The notes under the pieces are model-generated. The model searched no databases and was not told the DNA's origin. It saw only the letters and a program-made list of their open reading frames with translations. From Muribaculaceae bacterium (lineage in GTDB: Bacteria > Bacteroidota > Bacteroidia > Bacteroidales > Muribaculaceae): DNA of 64,000 nt. Positions 1 through 10,322 of this stretch are shown in pieces. The stretch's first letter is position 1; every line of letters begins with the position of its first letter. Location of the stretch: positions 1,451-65,450 of the forward strand of contig JAFLTQ010000015.1 in NCBI GenBank assembly GCA_022510385.1, read 5' to 3'. The position numbers and the translations under genes were made by a program.

Positions 1-1558
1 GGATGCAAGATTTATACTCTTCAATGTAAGCACTGAAACCTGCCACTTCTTCAGGAGTCGGTGTAATACTTATGCCAGTATTCCCATTGAAGACTACCTT
101 TTCAAGGTAATCCGGGAGATTTAGACTTTGACTATTATTGACCATATAAGCTGCAAGCAGGGCCATTCCCCAGGCTCCACCTTCTCCGGCAGTCTCCATC
201 ACTGATATCGGGGAGTTAAGAGCTGCTGCGAGGATTCTCTGACCCACTCCCTGGGTCTTGAAGAAACCTCCGTGTCCGGTGATTCTATCTACTTTCACTT
301 TCTCCTCATTAAAGAGGATATCATTCCCAATCTTGAGGCAAGCCACGGCTGCATTGAGGTTGGTTCGTATAAAGTTAGCCAGATTGAAATTATTATTGAC
401 AGATCTCACAAAAAGGGGTCGTCCTTCAGCGAGGCCGGTGATGGGTTCGCCGGAGAAATAATTATAACTGATCAATCCCCCGCAGTCGGCATCCCCTTTG
501 AGGGCATGATTATATAATTTGCCATAAATTTCATTGATATCGGCCTTTATACCCATTAATTCGCTAAATTCTCGGAAGATAGCCACCCATGCGTTTAGAT
601 CGGAGGTGCAGTTATTACAGTGGACCATAGCTACAAGGCTTCCGTCGGGAGTTGTCACCATATCGATCATCTCATAGGGTTTACTCAATTCCTTATCCAC
701 AACAATCATAGAGAAGGAGGATGTTCCTGCAGAGACATTCCCCGTGTGTTGTTTCACTGCATTTGTAGCCACCATTCCGGTGCCTGCATCACCTTCAGGA
801 GGACAGAAGGGTATGCCGGGCTGCAACATACCTGACGGGTCAAGCAGTTTTGCACCCTCTTCCGTGAGCTTGCCTGCATTATCACCGGCCACGAGGATTT
901 TGGGAAGAATTTGCTCAAGAGTGAATGGAAGATTTTGCTCATTCAGCAGAGAGTCAAATTTCTCCAACATTTTTGAATCATAGTTTTTGGTTTTCGGATC
1001 GACAGGAATCATTCCCGAGCCGTCACCGATTCCAATCACCTTTTCTCCTGTGAGCTGCCAATGGACATAACCTGCCAAAGTGGTTAAGAAAGCTATATCC
1101 TTAACATGCTGCTCGCCGTTAAGCATAGCTTGATAGAGATGAGAGATGCTCCAACGGAGAGGTATATTATAATTGAAAAGATTTGAAAGAATAGCGGCTG
1201 CCTCCCCGGTGTTGGTATTTCTCCATGTGCGGAAAGGTGTGAGTAAATTCCCGGTCATATCGAAAGGCATGTAGCCATGCATCATAGCACTGATGCCGAT
1301 AGCTGCAAGATTTTTTATTTCCAGGCCATATTTATCTTTGACATCTTTTTTCAGGGAAGCATAACAATCTCGCAGCCCGTTTTTGATATCGTCAAGAGAG
1401 TAGGTCCAAAGATTGTTTTCCAACCTATTCTCCCAATCGTGTGTGCCTTGTGCGATGGGAATATTATTCTCGTCAATCAGAACAGCTTTGATACGGGTAG
1501 AGCCAAACTCTAATCCGAGTATGGCTTTACCCTCATCAATAATATTTATAGCGCTCAT
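1..1558 (-). CDS. araB: FGGY-family carbohydrate kinase (L-ribulokinase of the Bacteroides-type ara operon); 3' end runs off the window
   Basis: Not in the ORF track. Read manually from ATG at 1558: [29 protein letters not shown]...[13 protein letters not shown]. The same frame is read at the left edge ([19 protein letters not shown]). Directly downstream of araA. Confidence 0.85.
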   Translation of the reverse strand, partial: MSAINIIDEGKAILGLEFGSTRIKAVLIDENNIPIAQGTHDWENRLENNLWTYSLDDIKNGLRDCYASLKKDVKDKYGLEIKNLAAIGISAMMHGYMPFDMTGNLLTPFRTWRNTNTGEAAAILSNLFNYNIPLRWSISHLYQAMLNGEQHVKDIAFLTTLAGYVHWQLTGEKVIGIGDGSGMIPVDPKTKNYDSKMLEKFDSLLNEQNLPFTLEQILPKILVAGDNAGKLTEEGAKLLDPSGMLQPGIPFCPPEGDAGTGMVATNAVKQHTGNVSAGTSSFSMIVVDKELSKPYEMIDMVTTPDGSLVAMVHCNNCTSDLNAWVAIFREFSELMGIKADINEIYGKLYNHALKGDADCGGLISYNYFSGEPITGLAEGRPLFVRSVNNNFNLANFIRTNLNAAVACLKIGNDILFNEEKVKVDRITGHGGFFKTQGVGQRILAAALNSPISVMETAGEGGAWGMALLAAYMVNNSQSLNLPDYLEKVVFNGNTGISITPTPEEVAGFSAYIEEYKSCI

Positions 1559-1569
1559 GTGGGCTGATG

Positions 1570-3099
1570 TTAGCAAAGTGATTTATTCAGCATGTAATAG
1601 ACTTCGTTCCAGCGAAGCATATCTTTGAAGGCCGGGATAGTGGTATGAGCATTTATATGGGCCATCTCGATTCCGGCAATTTCGGCATAATCTTCCCAAT
1701 ATTCAGGCGAAATGACGTAAGAAAAACATGAATGGTGGGTTCCTCCGGCAAGAATCCAGGCAGCTGCCCCGGTTTCAAAGTTCGGCATTGGCACCCAAAG
1801 TGCGGATGCTACAGGAAGTTTCGGAAGCGGTTTTGACTTTATACACATGACATCGTTGACAATCAAGCGGAAACGGTTGCCAAGATCAACAACGGTAGCA
1901 GTCACTCCCGGTTTTGGAATAGAGGTGAAGACAAGACGAGCTGTGAGGCTCTTGCGGATGCCGATACCTAAGAAATGCACTTCCAATCTCGGTTTTTCCT
2001 CAGCAATAAGGGGACACACCTCAAGCATATGAGCCTGCAGTATAGAGCTGTTTTCTCCATCGAAGTTCAGTGTATAATCTTCCAGGAATGAGCAAGCCTT
2101 TCCTTCTGACATCACCCATACTGTTCTGTAAAGAGCCGCACTCTTCCAGTCTCCCTCGGCTCCGAATCCATATCCTTCAGCCATAAGTCGCTGGGATGCG
2201 AGACCGGGAATCTGATCGAACCCTACAAAATTTGGATCATTGATATCATGGGTGCCAAGGTCGTCGAAGTTGGTAGTGAATCCCTTGGCCCCTTTTTCTG
2301 TGAGAATGGCACGCAGAGCAAGCTCGGCCTTAGCGGAATTCCATATTTTCTGATATCCCTCGCTTTTAGGATCTTTCAGCCGGTCATCCACAACATATTC
2401 ACGGAAATAGATGTTCACAAGCGCATCGACATCCTCATCTTTCACCTTTTTATAATATTCCATGAGCTCACTCACAGGAGTATAATCCACATGATAACCG
2501 AGTCGTTGTTCAGCTTCCACCTTGTCACCATCAGTGACAGCAACGTTATTCATTTGGTCGCCGAAACGAAGGATAAGCATATCCTGAGAATCGGCCCAGG
2601 CACAAGCGACTCTTTCCCAAACGGCGATACGGTTTTGAGCTACAGGGTCGGTCCAATGCCCTACCACTACTTTTCTGCGCAGACGCATCCTGCTGCAGAT
2701 ATGTCCGAATTCCCGGTCGCCATGGGCGCTTTGGTTAAGATTCATGAAATCCATATCCATTTCATTCCATGGAATCTCTTTATTATACTGCGTATGAAAA
2801 TGTAGCAACGGCTTATTGAGCTGCTGAAGGCCGCGAATCCACATTTTCGCCGGAGAGAATGTGTGCATCCAGGTGATAACCCCCGCACATTTGGGTTCAT
2901 TATTTGCTGCAAGCATGATGTCGCTCACCTCTTTAGAAGAGTTAGCGGTGCCTTTATACACAATTTTTACAGGTAGATTCCCGGATTTATTCAATCCTTC
3001 CACCATTTCTTTAGAATGAGCATCCACTTTTACGACGGCATCGCCTCCATATAGGAGCTGGGCGCCGGTGACCCACCAGATTTCATAGTTTTCAAACAT
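1570..3099 (-). CDS. araA: L-arabinose isomerase
   Basis: Motifs [52 protein letters not shown] and GGTHH. Confidence 0.97.
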   Translation of the reverse strand: MFENYEIWWVTGAQLLYGGDAVVKVDAHSKEMVEGLNKSGNLPVKIVYKGTANSSKEVSDIMLAANNEPKCAGVITWMHTFSPAKMWIRGLQQLNKPLLHFHTQYNKEIPWNEMDMDFMNLNQSAHGDREFGHICSRMRLRRKVVVGHWTDPVAQNRIAVWERVACAWADSQDMLILRFGDQMNNVAVTDGDKVEAEQRLGYHVDYTPVSELMEYYKKVKDEDVDALVNIYFREYVVDDRLKDPKSEGYQKIWNSAKAELALRAILTEKGAKGFTTNFDDLGTHDINDPNFVGFDQIPGLASQRLMAEGYGFGAEGDWKSAALYRTVWVMSEGKACSFLEDYTLNFDGENSSILQAHMLEVCPLIAEEKPRLEVHFLGIGIRKSLTARLVFTSIPKPGVTATVVDLGNRFRLIVNDVMCIKSKPLPKLPVASALWVPMPNFETGAAAWILAGGTHHSCFSYVISPEYWEDYAEIAGIEMAHINAHTTIPAFKDMLRWNEVYYMLNKSLC

Positions 3100-3147
3100 A
3101 TCGTTTATTTTGTTGGAGATTTATATCATTGTTAACAGTAGATAATT

Positions 3148-3834
3148 TTATTGTCCGTAGTAAGCATCAGGGCCATGCTTTCTGCTAAAATGTTTCTCTA
3201 TGAGGAGAGGATTCATAGTAAGATCGGGATTGACAGAGAAGGCTATGAATGCCATTTTTGCCACCTGTTCAAGCACGACAGCATTATGCACAGCCTCATA
3301 CGGAGTTTTACCCCATGTGAAGGGGCCATGATTGGTAACGAGCACTCCCGGAGTGTGGATGTGATTCAGATTCCGGAATCTCTCCACTATTACATTCCCG
3401 GTTTCAAGTTCATAATCCCCTTTCACCTCAGATTCAGTCATCAAACGGGTACAGGGGACAGCGTCATGGAAGTAGTCGGCATGCGTTGTACCAATATTGG
3501 GGATTTCCCGGCCAGCTTGCGCCCAAGCTGTGGCATATGTGGAATGAGTATGTACCACTCCACCTATTTCCGGGAATGTCCGGTATAAAACAAGGTGAGT
3601 AGGGGTATCGGATGATGGTTTTAGATCTCCCTCAACGACTTTGCCGCTAATAAGGTCGACGACTACCATATCCCGAGGTTTCATGTCATCGTAGCTTACT
3701 CCGGATGGCTTGATCACGACAAGGCCTTTTTCACGGTCGATGCCGGACACATTGCCCCAGGTGAAGATTACAAGGCCATGGTCAACTAATTCAAGATTAG
3801 CCTTGCAAACATCCTCTTTAAGTTTTTCAAGCAT
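3148..3834 (-). CDS. araD: L-ribulose-5-phosphate 4-epimerase
   Basis: [43 protein letters not shown] and KHG..AYYGQ. Confidence 0.97.
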   Translation of the reverse strand: MLEKLKEDVCKANLELVDHGLVIFTWGNVSGIDREKGLVVIKPSGVSYDDMKPRDMVVVDLISGKVVEGDLKPSSDTPTHLVLYRTFPEIGGVVHTHSTYATAWAQAGREIPNIGTTHADYFHDAVPCTRLMTESEVKGDYELETGNVIVERFRNLNHIHTPGVLVTNHGPFTWGKTPYEAVHNAVVLEQVAKMAFIAFSVNPDLTMNPLLIEKHFSRKHGPDAYYGQ

Positions 3835-3894
3835 TGAGTTTTCTGTTTTTCGTTATTCTTAGATATTAAGGGAATGTTTTGATTTGATACTTTT

Positions 3895-5580
3895 TTACCA
3901 GAAATAGATGTAAAAGCATACGGTTATGCCGATTATGATGCATGTATTGACGATATCCCACACATTCCAGCTTTGACGAGTCACGAGCCTTTGCTCAGCC
4001 GTTGAAGTGCCAAACACCAGCCCCTTAATCTTATGTTCTTCAGGAGCTTTTGTGAACAGGGAAACCACAAACACCACAGCCAGACAGAACATCAGCATCC
4101 ATCCGCAGAAGAAGAGCCAATTACAGTCGTAGAAGAGGTATTGGAACCAGCTATGATTTTCCGTAGGCATCACCGGCATATTACTGTAATAAATTTTAGC
4201 TCCGAGCCTCGTGATACCGACTACGAGGCCGGCAATAAGTCCCCACATTCCTCCTTGTGCGGAAGTGCGTTTCCATACTATACCCATGAGGAAGGCAGCG
4301 GCGATTCCCGGAGCCAGAACGGATTGGACATCCTGCAGGTAATTATAAAGCACATCCCCTACAGACCTCATCACCGGAATCCATAAGATTCCGAGCAACA
4401 CAATAATTACAGTGGCTGCCTGACCGATAGCCACAAGTTTCTTTTGACTTGTCTTGGGTTTAAACCTCTGATAGAAATCAATAGTGAAGAGAGCAGCTGA
4501 TGAGTTGAAAAGGGATGCCAATGAGCTCATAAGGGCAGCAAGGATTCCGCAGACAATCAAGCCTTTGACACCGGCAGGAAGGAGTCTGGCTACGAGAGTG
4601 GGGAAAGCGGCATCAGGAGTTGTAAGGCGGAATACCTCTCCATTTACAACCACCCCCTTGTTGGAAAGAGCAAAGGCTATCATACCCGGGATAAGGAAGA
4701 GGAACACGGGGAGTAGTTTAAGGTAGGCGCCGAAGATTGTGCCTCTTCTTGACTCTTTCTGATCCTTACCGGATAGAACACGTTGCACGATAAACTGGTC
4801 GGTACACCAGTACCAAAATCCGATAACAGCCGACCCGATCAGAGCTCCGAGCCAGGGATAGTCGGGGTCGCGGTTGTCGCGGATAAGATTCACCATCGTG
4901 TCACCATATTCATTGACTGTCTGCATCTTGCATATTTCCATCATCTGCTCCCATCCTCCGAGAGCCTTAAGACCCAAAACCAGAATTATCATCGAGCCCA
5001 AAAGTAGGATAGGGGTTTGAACTACGGAGGTGTATAACACAGATTTCATACCTCCGAAAATGGTATAGAAAGCGGTTATCACCACAAGCCCTATAGCAGC
5101 GATCCAGAAGAAATCTATCCCTCCTATCTGCTCAATTCCGAACACCTGCTGGAACACAAGTCCGCCGGCATAAACAGTGACTGCAACTTTGGTCAGGACA
5201 TAACTTATAAGGGAAATAAAAGATAGAATTGTTCTTGAGGCCGGATTATAACGTTTTTCAAGAAACTCCGGCATTGTGTACACCATAGAGCGTGCATAGA
5301 AAGGCACGAAGACCCAACCCAAAATCAGAATCATCCATCCCTGGATTTCCCAGTGAGCCATTGCCATACCGCTTGAAGCGCCGGCTCCGGCGAGCCCGAT
5401 AAGGTGTTCAGATCCGATATTTGATGCAAAGATAGATGCTCCGATCACAATCCATGTGGCATCTTTGCCGCCTAAGAAATAATCTGCGGCATTGTTCTGT
5501 TTCTGGCGCATTACCCACCAGATGATGCCAATAAGTCCGCCACAGAAAAGACCTATAACAATCCAGTCTAAAGCAGCCAT
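3895..5580 (-). CDS. Sodium:solute symporter, probable arabinose uptake permease
   Basis: SSS motifs ASNIGSEHLIGLAG, WYWCTDQFIVQRVLS and ALMSSLASLFNSSAALFTIDFY; many TM segments; inside the ara operon. Confidence 0.88.
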   Translation of the reverse strand: MAALDWIVIGLFCGGLIGIIWWVMRQKQNNAADYFLGGKDATWIVIGASIFASNIGSEHLIGLAGAGASSGMAMAHWEIQGWMILILGWVFVPFYARSMVYTMPEFLEKRYNPASRTILSFISLISYVLTKVAVTVYAGGLVFQQVFGIEQIGGIDFFWIAAIGLVVITAFYTIFGGMKSVLYTSVVQTPILLLGSMIILVLGLKALGGWEQMMEICKMQTVNEYGDTMVNLIRDNRDPDYPWLGALIGSAVIGFWYWCTDQFIVQRVLSGKDQKESRRGTIFGAYLKLLPVFLFLIPGMIAFALSNKGVVVNGEVFRLTTPDAAFPTLVARLLPAGVKGLIVCGILAALMSSLASLFNSSAALFTIDFYQRFKPKTSQKKLVAIGQAATVIIVLLGILWIPVMRSVGDVLYNYLQDVQSVLAPGIAAAFLMGIVWKRTSAQGGMWGLIAGLVVGITRLGAKIYYSNMPVMPTENHSWFQYLFYDCNWLFFCGWMLMFCLAVVFVVSLFTKAPEEHKIKGLVFGTSTAEQRLVTRQSWNVWDIVNTCIIIGITVCFYIYFW

Positions 5581-5589
5581 CTCCTCAAA

Positions 5590-6750
5590 TTATTTGGTTG
5601 AAAATTTATAAATAGTATGGGAGTTATAGGTTTCTCCAGGATTCAACTGAGTGCTTGGCCATTGAGGTTTGTTGGGCGAATCCGGATAATGCTGGCTTTC
5701 CAGACAAACAGCGGCATGTTGATTATAGGTGATGCCATTTTTGCCGGAGACACTTCCGTTGAGGAAATTCCCGCTGTAGAGTTGCACGCCGGGTTCTGTT
5801 GTATACATAGTGAGGAGAATTCCGCTTTCAGGGTTGTAGAGCTCCACAGCCGGAACGTTTATATCTCCCTGAGTGTTTAGCACGAAATTATGGTCATATC
5901 CATTTCCATTCTTTATCTGCTCGTTGTCGAAGTTTTTGATATTTTCACCCAAGGGTCTTGCATTACGGAAATCAAAAGGAGTTCCCTCCACGGGAGAAAA
6001 TTCGCCGGTAGTCATAAACGTTGAATCAACCGGAGTAAAGTGGTCGGCATTAACCATAATCAAATCATTAGTGACGGGTTGAGAGGGATTCCCTGACAGA
6101 TTGAAATAAGAATGGTTTGTCATATTCAATATTGTCGGCTTGTTGGTAGTGCCGGTGTATTGAATGTCAAGAGAATTGTCATTCTTTAGAGTGTAGGTGA
6201 CCTGCGCATTAACTTCTCCCGGGAAATTATTGTCGCCGTCAGGAGAAACAATTGTGAGAATAAGAGTTGAATCATTCGGTTGCTGAGCCTCATAGACCCT
6301 ATACTGCCAACCTAAGGATCCCATTTCGCCTCCGCCATGCAGGCAATGGCCGAAATTATTCCGGGGAAGCTGAATTGTGTCTCCCTCTATGACGAATCTT
6401 CCTTGATTTATACGGTTGGCATATCTCCCGATAGAAGCTCCGAAATCAGTGAGATTATTTTCCGGGAAATAGTCTTGGATACTGTCAAAACCCAACACAA
6501 CATCACGGAGTTCTCCATTCCTGTCGGCTACCATCAAAGAGACAAGCCTGCCACCGAAATTTGTTATACAGGCCTCTGTGCCTTGGGAATTCTCGAGAGT
6601 GTAAAGAGCTGTTGCTTTCCCTTGATATTGGCCTACGAAATTATTCGGATTAAGTCCCGATTTAGTAAGTTGCGGTCTCTCCTTGTGCGCTCCGCATGAC
6701 GACATGATAATAAGAGCCGATAGGCCGGCAAGCCTTGTAATCCTTTTCAT
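5590..6750 (-). CDS. Aldose 1-epimerase (mutarotase) with lipoprotein signal peptide
   Basis: GRYANRI, LHGG, NMTNHSYFNL, GYDHNF and CLESQHYPDSPN; N-terminal MKRITRLAGLSALIIMSSC lipobox. Confidence 0.92.
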   Translation of the reverse strand: MKRITRLAGLSALIIMSSCGAHKERPQLTKSGLNPNNFVGQYQGKATALYTLENSQGTEACITNFGGRLVSLMVADRNGELRDVVLGFDSIQDYFPENNLTDFGASIGRYANRINQGRFVIEGDTIQLPRNNFGHCLHGGGEMGSLGWQYRVYEAQQPNDSTLILTIVSPDGDNNFPGEVNAQVTYTLKNDNSLDIQYTGTTNKPTILNMTNHSYFNLSGNPSQPVTNDLIMVNADHFTPVDSTFMTTGEFSPVEGTPFDFRNARPLGENIKNFDNEQIKNGNGYDHNFVLNTQGDINVPAVELYNPESGILLTMYTTEPGVQLYSGNFLNGSVSGKNGITYNQHAAVCLESQHYPDSPNKPQWPSTQLNPGETYNSHTIYKFSTK

Positions 6751-6959
6751 GATATCAGTTGGTTTATTGTTAAAGCAATCTATAAATATATACTCCTATT
6801 GAAAGAGATTCACCCAATTTAATTATATCTTTTGGTTCTATCTTACAACCGAATATTTTCCGGCCTTGTAAATTATAGAATCCTTATCTCCCGGCATAGT
6901 CACTTCAGCAGAATTCATATATCGATTCGACATAATTCTGTGATGTCACGGTTATAATG

Positions 6960-6967
6960 CAAAGGTA
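6960..6967 (-). promoter_or_regulatory. Bacteroidetes -7 promoter box (TACCTTTG) for the ara operon
   Basis: Matches TAnnTTTG on the minus strand about 210 nt upstream of the mutarotase ATG. Confidence 0.6.
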
Positions 6968-7084
6968 ATAAAATAAGATTAAAAAAAGAATATAAACAAT
7001 TTATTAACAGATTATACGTTAATGAAATAGTTATATTATACCCTCAATTTATTTAGAGCCAGTATCCAATTTATTTTAGAAAAA

Positions 7085-8584
7085 ATGTTACGAAAAGTCA
7101 GAATAACATTAGGGATATTTTTTTTGATAGGAGCCACATTGCTGTTTTTGGATTTTACCGGCACAGTACATGCCTGGTTGGGATGGATAGCTAAAGTTCA
7201 ATTCTTGCCCGCACTATTTGCAGTCAACATAGCTGTAATAGCCGGATTAGTGGGAATGACCCTCTTGTTCGGAAGAGTCTATTGCTCGGTGATATGCCCG
7301 ATGGGAGTTTTACAAGATGTTATAGCGCGATTTGGGAAATGGAGCAAGAAGAACAGATATTCCTATTCTCCTGCATTAAATGTGTGGCGCTACACTCTTT
7401 TTGGGATTATGATTCTGGCTATAGTTTTAGGGATAGGGTCAATAGTGGGTCTTCTGGCTCCCTATAGTTCCTTTGGTCGAATTATCCATTCCCTATTTTC
7501 TCCTATTTATTTATGGGTCAACAATATCCTTGCCGGATTTGCTGAAAGAGCTGAGAGCTACTCCTTCTATTCAAGAGAAATATGGATCAAGAGTTGGGCT
7601 CTATTCGCCATATCCGCCGTGACACTCCTTGCCATAGGAATTCTTGCATGGAGAAACGGTAGAACCTATTGTAACTCCATCTGTCCTGTAGGGACATTTT
7701 TAGGTTTTCTGTCAAGGTATTCGTTATATCGTCCTACCATTGAAATATCCCGATGTAACAGTTGCGGACTCTGCGCTCGTAACTGCAAATCGGCATGTAT
7801 CGACAGTAAAGCTCACAAAATAGATTATTCGCGATGCGTAAGTTGCATGGATTGCATTGGAAAATGCAATAAACAGGCGATAAAATACACCTACAAGAGA
7901 GAGGAGGCAGCAATAGCAACTCCGGCGGTTGAGACAGTGGAAACGGAAGTTGATGATTCATCAAGACGTAATTTCCTTGGATTAATGGCTTTTGTAGGAG
8001 GGAGCGCATTGATGAAGGCGGCAGAAAAAACCGTAGACGGAGGGCTTGCAGTTATTGAAGACAAGAAGATACCGTTGAGAAATAAACATATATCACCTCC
8101 CGGTTCAAAGGGACATGTCAATATTGCCTCACGATGCACAGGTTGCCAGTTGTGTGTGACAGTTTGTCCGAATCATGTTTTAAGGCCATCCGGAAATCTT
8201 GAAAACTTTATGCATCCGGTAGCATCCTACGAAAGAGGATACTGTCGTCCGGAATGTACCAAATGTTCGGAAGTATGTCCTACAGGAGCAATTCAGAGGA
8301 TAGACCCTGCAGAGAAGTCTGCCATACAGATTGGGCGCGCCCAATGGGTAAAAGAGAATTGTATCCCCCTGACGGATGAGGTGGCATGCGGTAACTGTGC
8401 GCGTCATTGCCCGGTGGAGGCTATTCAGATGGTGGCCTCTGTGAAAGGGGATGAGGAAAGTCTCAAGATACCGGCTGTCAATACAGAGAAATGTATCGGA
8501 TGTGGCGCTTGTGAGAATCTTTGTCCGTCGCGACCCTTCAGCGCAATCTACGTAGAGGGGAATGAGACACATCGTGTCGTTTAA
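7085..8584 (+). CDS. Membrane-bound polyferredoxin (NapH/MauN-like TM region fused to a NapG/MauM-like multi-4Fe-4S region) with internal twin-arginine motif
   Basis: Two Cx3CP motifs (YCSVICPMG, YCNSICPVG); several CxxCxxCxxxC motifs; S-R294-R295-NFLG between the two Fe-S regions. Confidence 0.85.
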   Translation: MLRKVRITLGIFFLIGATLLFLDFTGTVHAWLGWIAKVQFLPALFAVNIAVIAGLVGMTLLFGRVYCSVICPMGVLQDVIARFGKWSKKNRYSYSPALNVWRYTLFGIMILAIVLGIGSIVGLLAPYSSFGRIIHSLFSPIYLWVNNILAGFAERAESYSFYSREIWIKSWALFAISAVTLLAIGILAWRNGRTYCNSICPVGTFLGFLSRYSLYRPTIEISRCNSCGLCARNCKSACIDSKAHKIDYSRCVSCMDCIGKCNKQAIKYTYKREEAAIATPAVETVETEVDDSSRRNFLGLMAFVGGSALMKAAEKTVDGGLAVIEDKKIPLRNKHISPPGSKGHVNIASRCTGCQLCVTVCPNHVLRPSGNLENFMHPVASYERGYCRPECTKCSEVCPTGAIQRIDPAEKSAIQIGRAQWVKENCIPLTDEVACGNCARHCPVEAIQMVASVKGDEESLKIPAVNTEKCIGCGACENLCPSRPFSAIYVEGNETHRVV

Positions 8585-8609
8585 TGTGTAATGCATAATT
8601 CGTAATTAA
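8582..8609 (+). repeat. Degenerate heptamer tandem array
   Basis: TAATGTG TAATGCA TAATTCG TAATTAA starting at the polyferredoxin stop codon. Confidence 0.7.
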
Positions 8610-8622
8610 GAGTAAGAATTTA

Positions 8623-10032
8623 ATGAATAAGGAGAATTTAGATAGGAGAGGGTTTCTTAAAAGATTGGGCCTTGGGGTTTCAGCAGCAGGCCTTACAATG
8701 GCCGGGTGTGGTAGTTCCGGGAAAAAACTTGTGGGAGCCGAAACCTCCAATATTCTCGACGAGGAGGGAGAGATGACCTATCGCATTAATCCACACACCG
8801 GTGATAAGGTGTCGATTTTAGGTTATGGATGCATGCGTTGGCCCTTTAAGGAGGCCAAAGAGGGTGAAGAGGAAGAGATTGATCAGGAAGCCGTCAATCG
8901 ACTCGTAGATTATGCAATAGAGCACGGAGTAAATTATTTCGATACCTCACCTGCATATTGTCGCGGGAAATCAGAGACAGCCACAGGGATAGCTTTAAGT
9001 CGTCATCCGCGTGATAAATATTTTATAGCGACCAAGTTGTCGAATTTCTCACCCAAGACATGGAGCCGGGAAGAATCTTTAAAGATGTATCATAACTCCT
9101 TCAAGAAGTTGCAGGTGGATTATATTGATTATCTGTTGCTGCATGGTGTTGGAATGGGATCTGACGCAATGGAGGAATTCCGCAACCGCTACGTGGATAA
9201 CGGAGTGCTTGACTTTCTTTTGAAAGAGAGGGAGGAGGGGAGAATCCGGAATCTCGGTTTTTCCTATCATGGAGATATAAAGGTGTTTGATTACCTGTTG
9301 GAAAACAATGACAAATATAATTGGGATTTTGTGCAGATACAGCATAATTATCTCGATTGGAATCATGCCAAGGATACAAATAAAAGGAACACTGATTCAG
9401 AATATCTTTATACGGAATTGGAGAAGAGGAATATCCCGGCCGTGATAATGGAGCCGCTTTTAGGAGGGAGGCTCTCGAATGTTCCTGATCATCTAATGGC
9501 CCGGCTTAAGGAGCAAGAACCGGAAAAAAGTGTAGCTTCCTGGGCCTTCCGTTATGCGGGCACTTTCCCTAATATTCTCACAGTGCTAAGTGGGATGACT
9601 TTTATGGAACATTTGGAAGATAACGTGTCGACATATAGCCCTTTGAAGCCATTGACGGATGAGGAGATAAAATTTCTCTATGACACTGCGGATCTTATGG
9701 TGCAATATCCCACAATAGCCTGCAATGACTGCAAATACTGCATGCCATGTCCATACGGGATTGACATACCGGCTATTCTGTTGCATTATAACAAATGTGT
9801 GAATCAAGGGAATATCCCTCAAAACAGCCGGCATCCCGACTATGCCAAGGCACGAAGGGCGTTTCTGATAGGGTATGACAGAAGTGTGCCGAAACTAAGA
9901 CAGGCAAGCCATTGCATAGGGTGTGGGCAATGCGTGCCTCATTGCCCTCAGAATATAAAAATTCCGGATCGCCTGCATGCTATTGATGCTTTTGTGGAGA
10001 AAGTGAAACAAAACAAAGAGGAATTAGCTTAA
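8623..10032 (+). CDS. Aldo/keto reductase with C-terminal 4Fe-4S dicluster; Tat-type lipoprotein
   Basis: Signal LDRRGFLK...MAG-C29; AKR tetrad candidates YFDTSPAY, IATKL and LLHG; CNDCKYCMPCP and CIGCGQCVPHCP. Confidence 0.9.
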   Translation: MNKENLDRRGFLKRLGLGVSAAGLTMAGCGSSGKKLVGAETSNILDEEGEMTYRINPHTGDKVSILGYGCMRWPFKEAKEGEEEEIDQEAVNRLVDYAIEHGVNYFDTSPAYCRGKSETATGIALSRHPRDKYFIATKLSNFSPKTWSREESLKMYHNSFKKLQVDYIDYLLLHGVGMGSDAMEEFRNRYVDNGVLDFLLKEREEGRIRNLGFSYHGDIKVFDYLLENNDKYNWDFVQIQHNYLDWNHAKDTNKRNTDSEYLYTELEKRNIPAVIMEPLLGGRLSNVPDHLMARLKEQEPEKSVASWAFRYAGTFPNILTVLSGMTFMEHLEDNVSTYSPLKPLTDEEIKFLYDTADLMVQYPTIACNDCKYCMPCPYGIDIPAILLHYNKCVNQGNIPQNSRHPDYAKARRAFLIGYDRSVPKLRQASHCIGCGQCVPHCPQNIKIPDRLHAIDAFVEKVKQNKEELA

Positions 10033-10037
10033 TTTTG
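10030..10037 (+). promoter_or_regulatory. Possible internal -7 promoter box (TAATTTTG) for tatA-tatC, overlapping the AKR stop codon
   Basis: Exact TAnnTTTG match about 65 nt before the tatA ATG; no -33 TTTG at canonical spacing. Confidence 0.4.
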
Positions 10038-10100
10038 CAGTTAATAATAAATAGAAGCTGTTCTTAGATTTTTATTACAATAAAAAAACAGATATATATT

Positions 10101-10298
10101 ATGTTGGATTTTATAGGTGGACTTGGATTTCAGGAAATTCTTTTGATCGCATTAGTGGTGTTGCTATTCTTCGGAGGTAAGAAGATACCTGAAATGATGA
10201 AGGGTCTCGGAAAGGGTGTAAAAGCCTTCAAAGATGGTATGAAGGAAGTTGACACCGACGTTAAAGTAGAGGCAACCGAGGAATCAAAAAAAGATTGA
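10101..10298 (+). CDS. tatA: Twin-arginine translocase TatA/E subunit
   Basis: [38 protein letters not shown]. Confidence 0.95.
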   Translation: MLDFIGGLGFQEILLIALVVLLFFGGKKIPEMMKGLGKGVKAFKDGMKEVDTDVKVEATEESKKD

Positions 10299-10322
10299 AA
10301 TCGGGGTTAATTGAGATAAAGA

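Noticed and set aside
2248-2805. 185-aa plus-strand ORF, and the many other 60-180 aa ORFs overlapping real genes
   Set aside because: Antisense or alternate-frame ORFs within well-supported genes; atypical composition
5590-6750. Two mutarotase paralogues in one window
   Set aside because: A lipoprotein copy in the ara operon and a cytoplasmic copy in the gal operon is ordinary for Bacteroidales
10093-10109. TATATA-TTATGTTGGAT resembles the right half of a dif site
   Set aside because: No XerC-arm match on the left; it is simply the tatA start region
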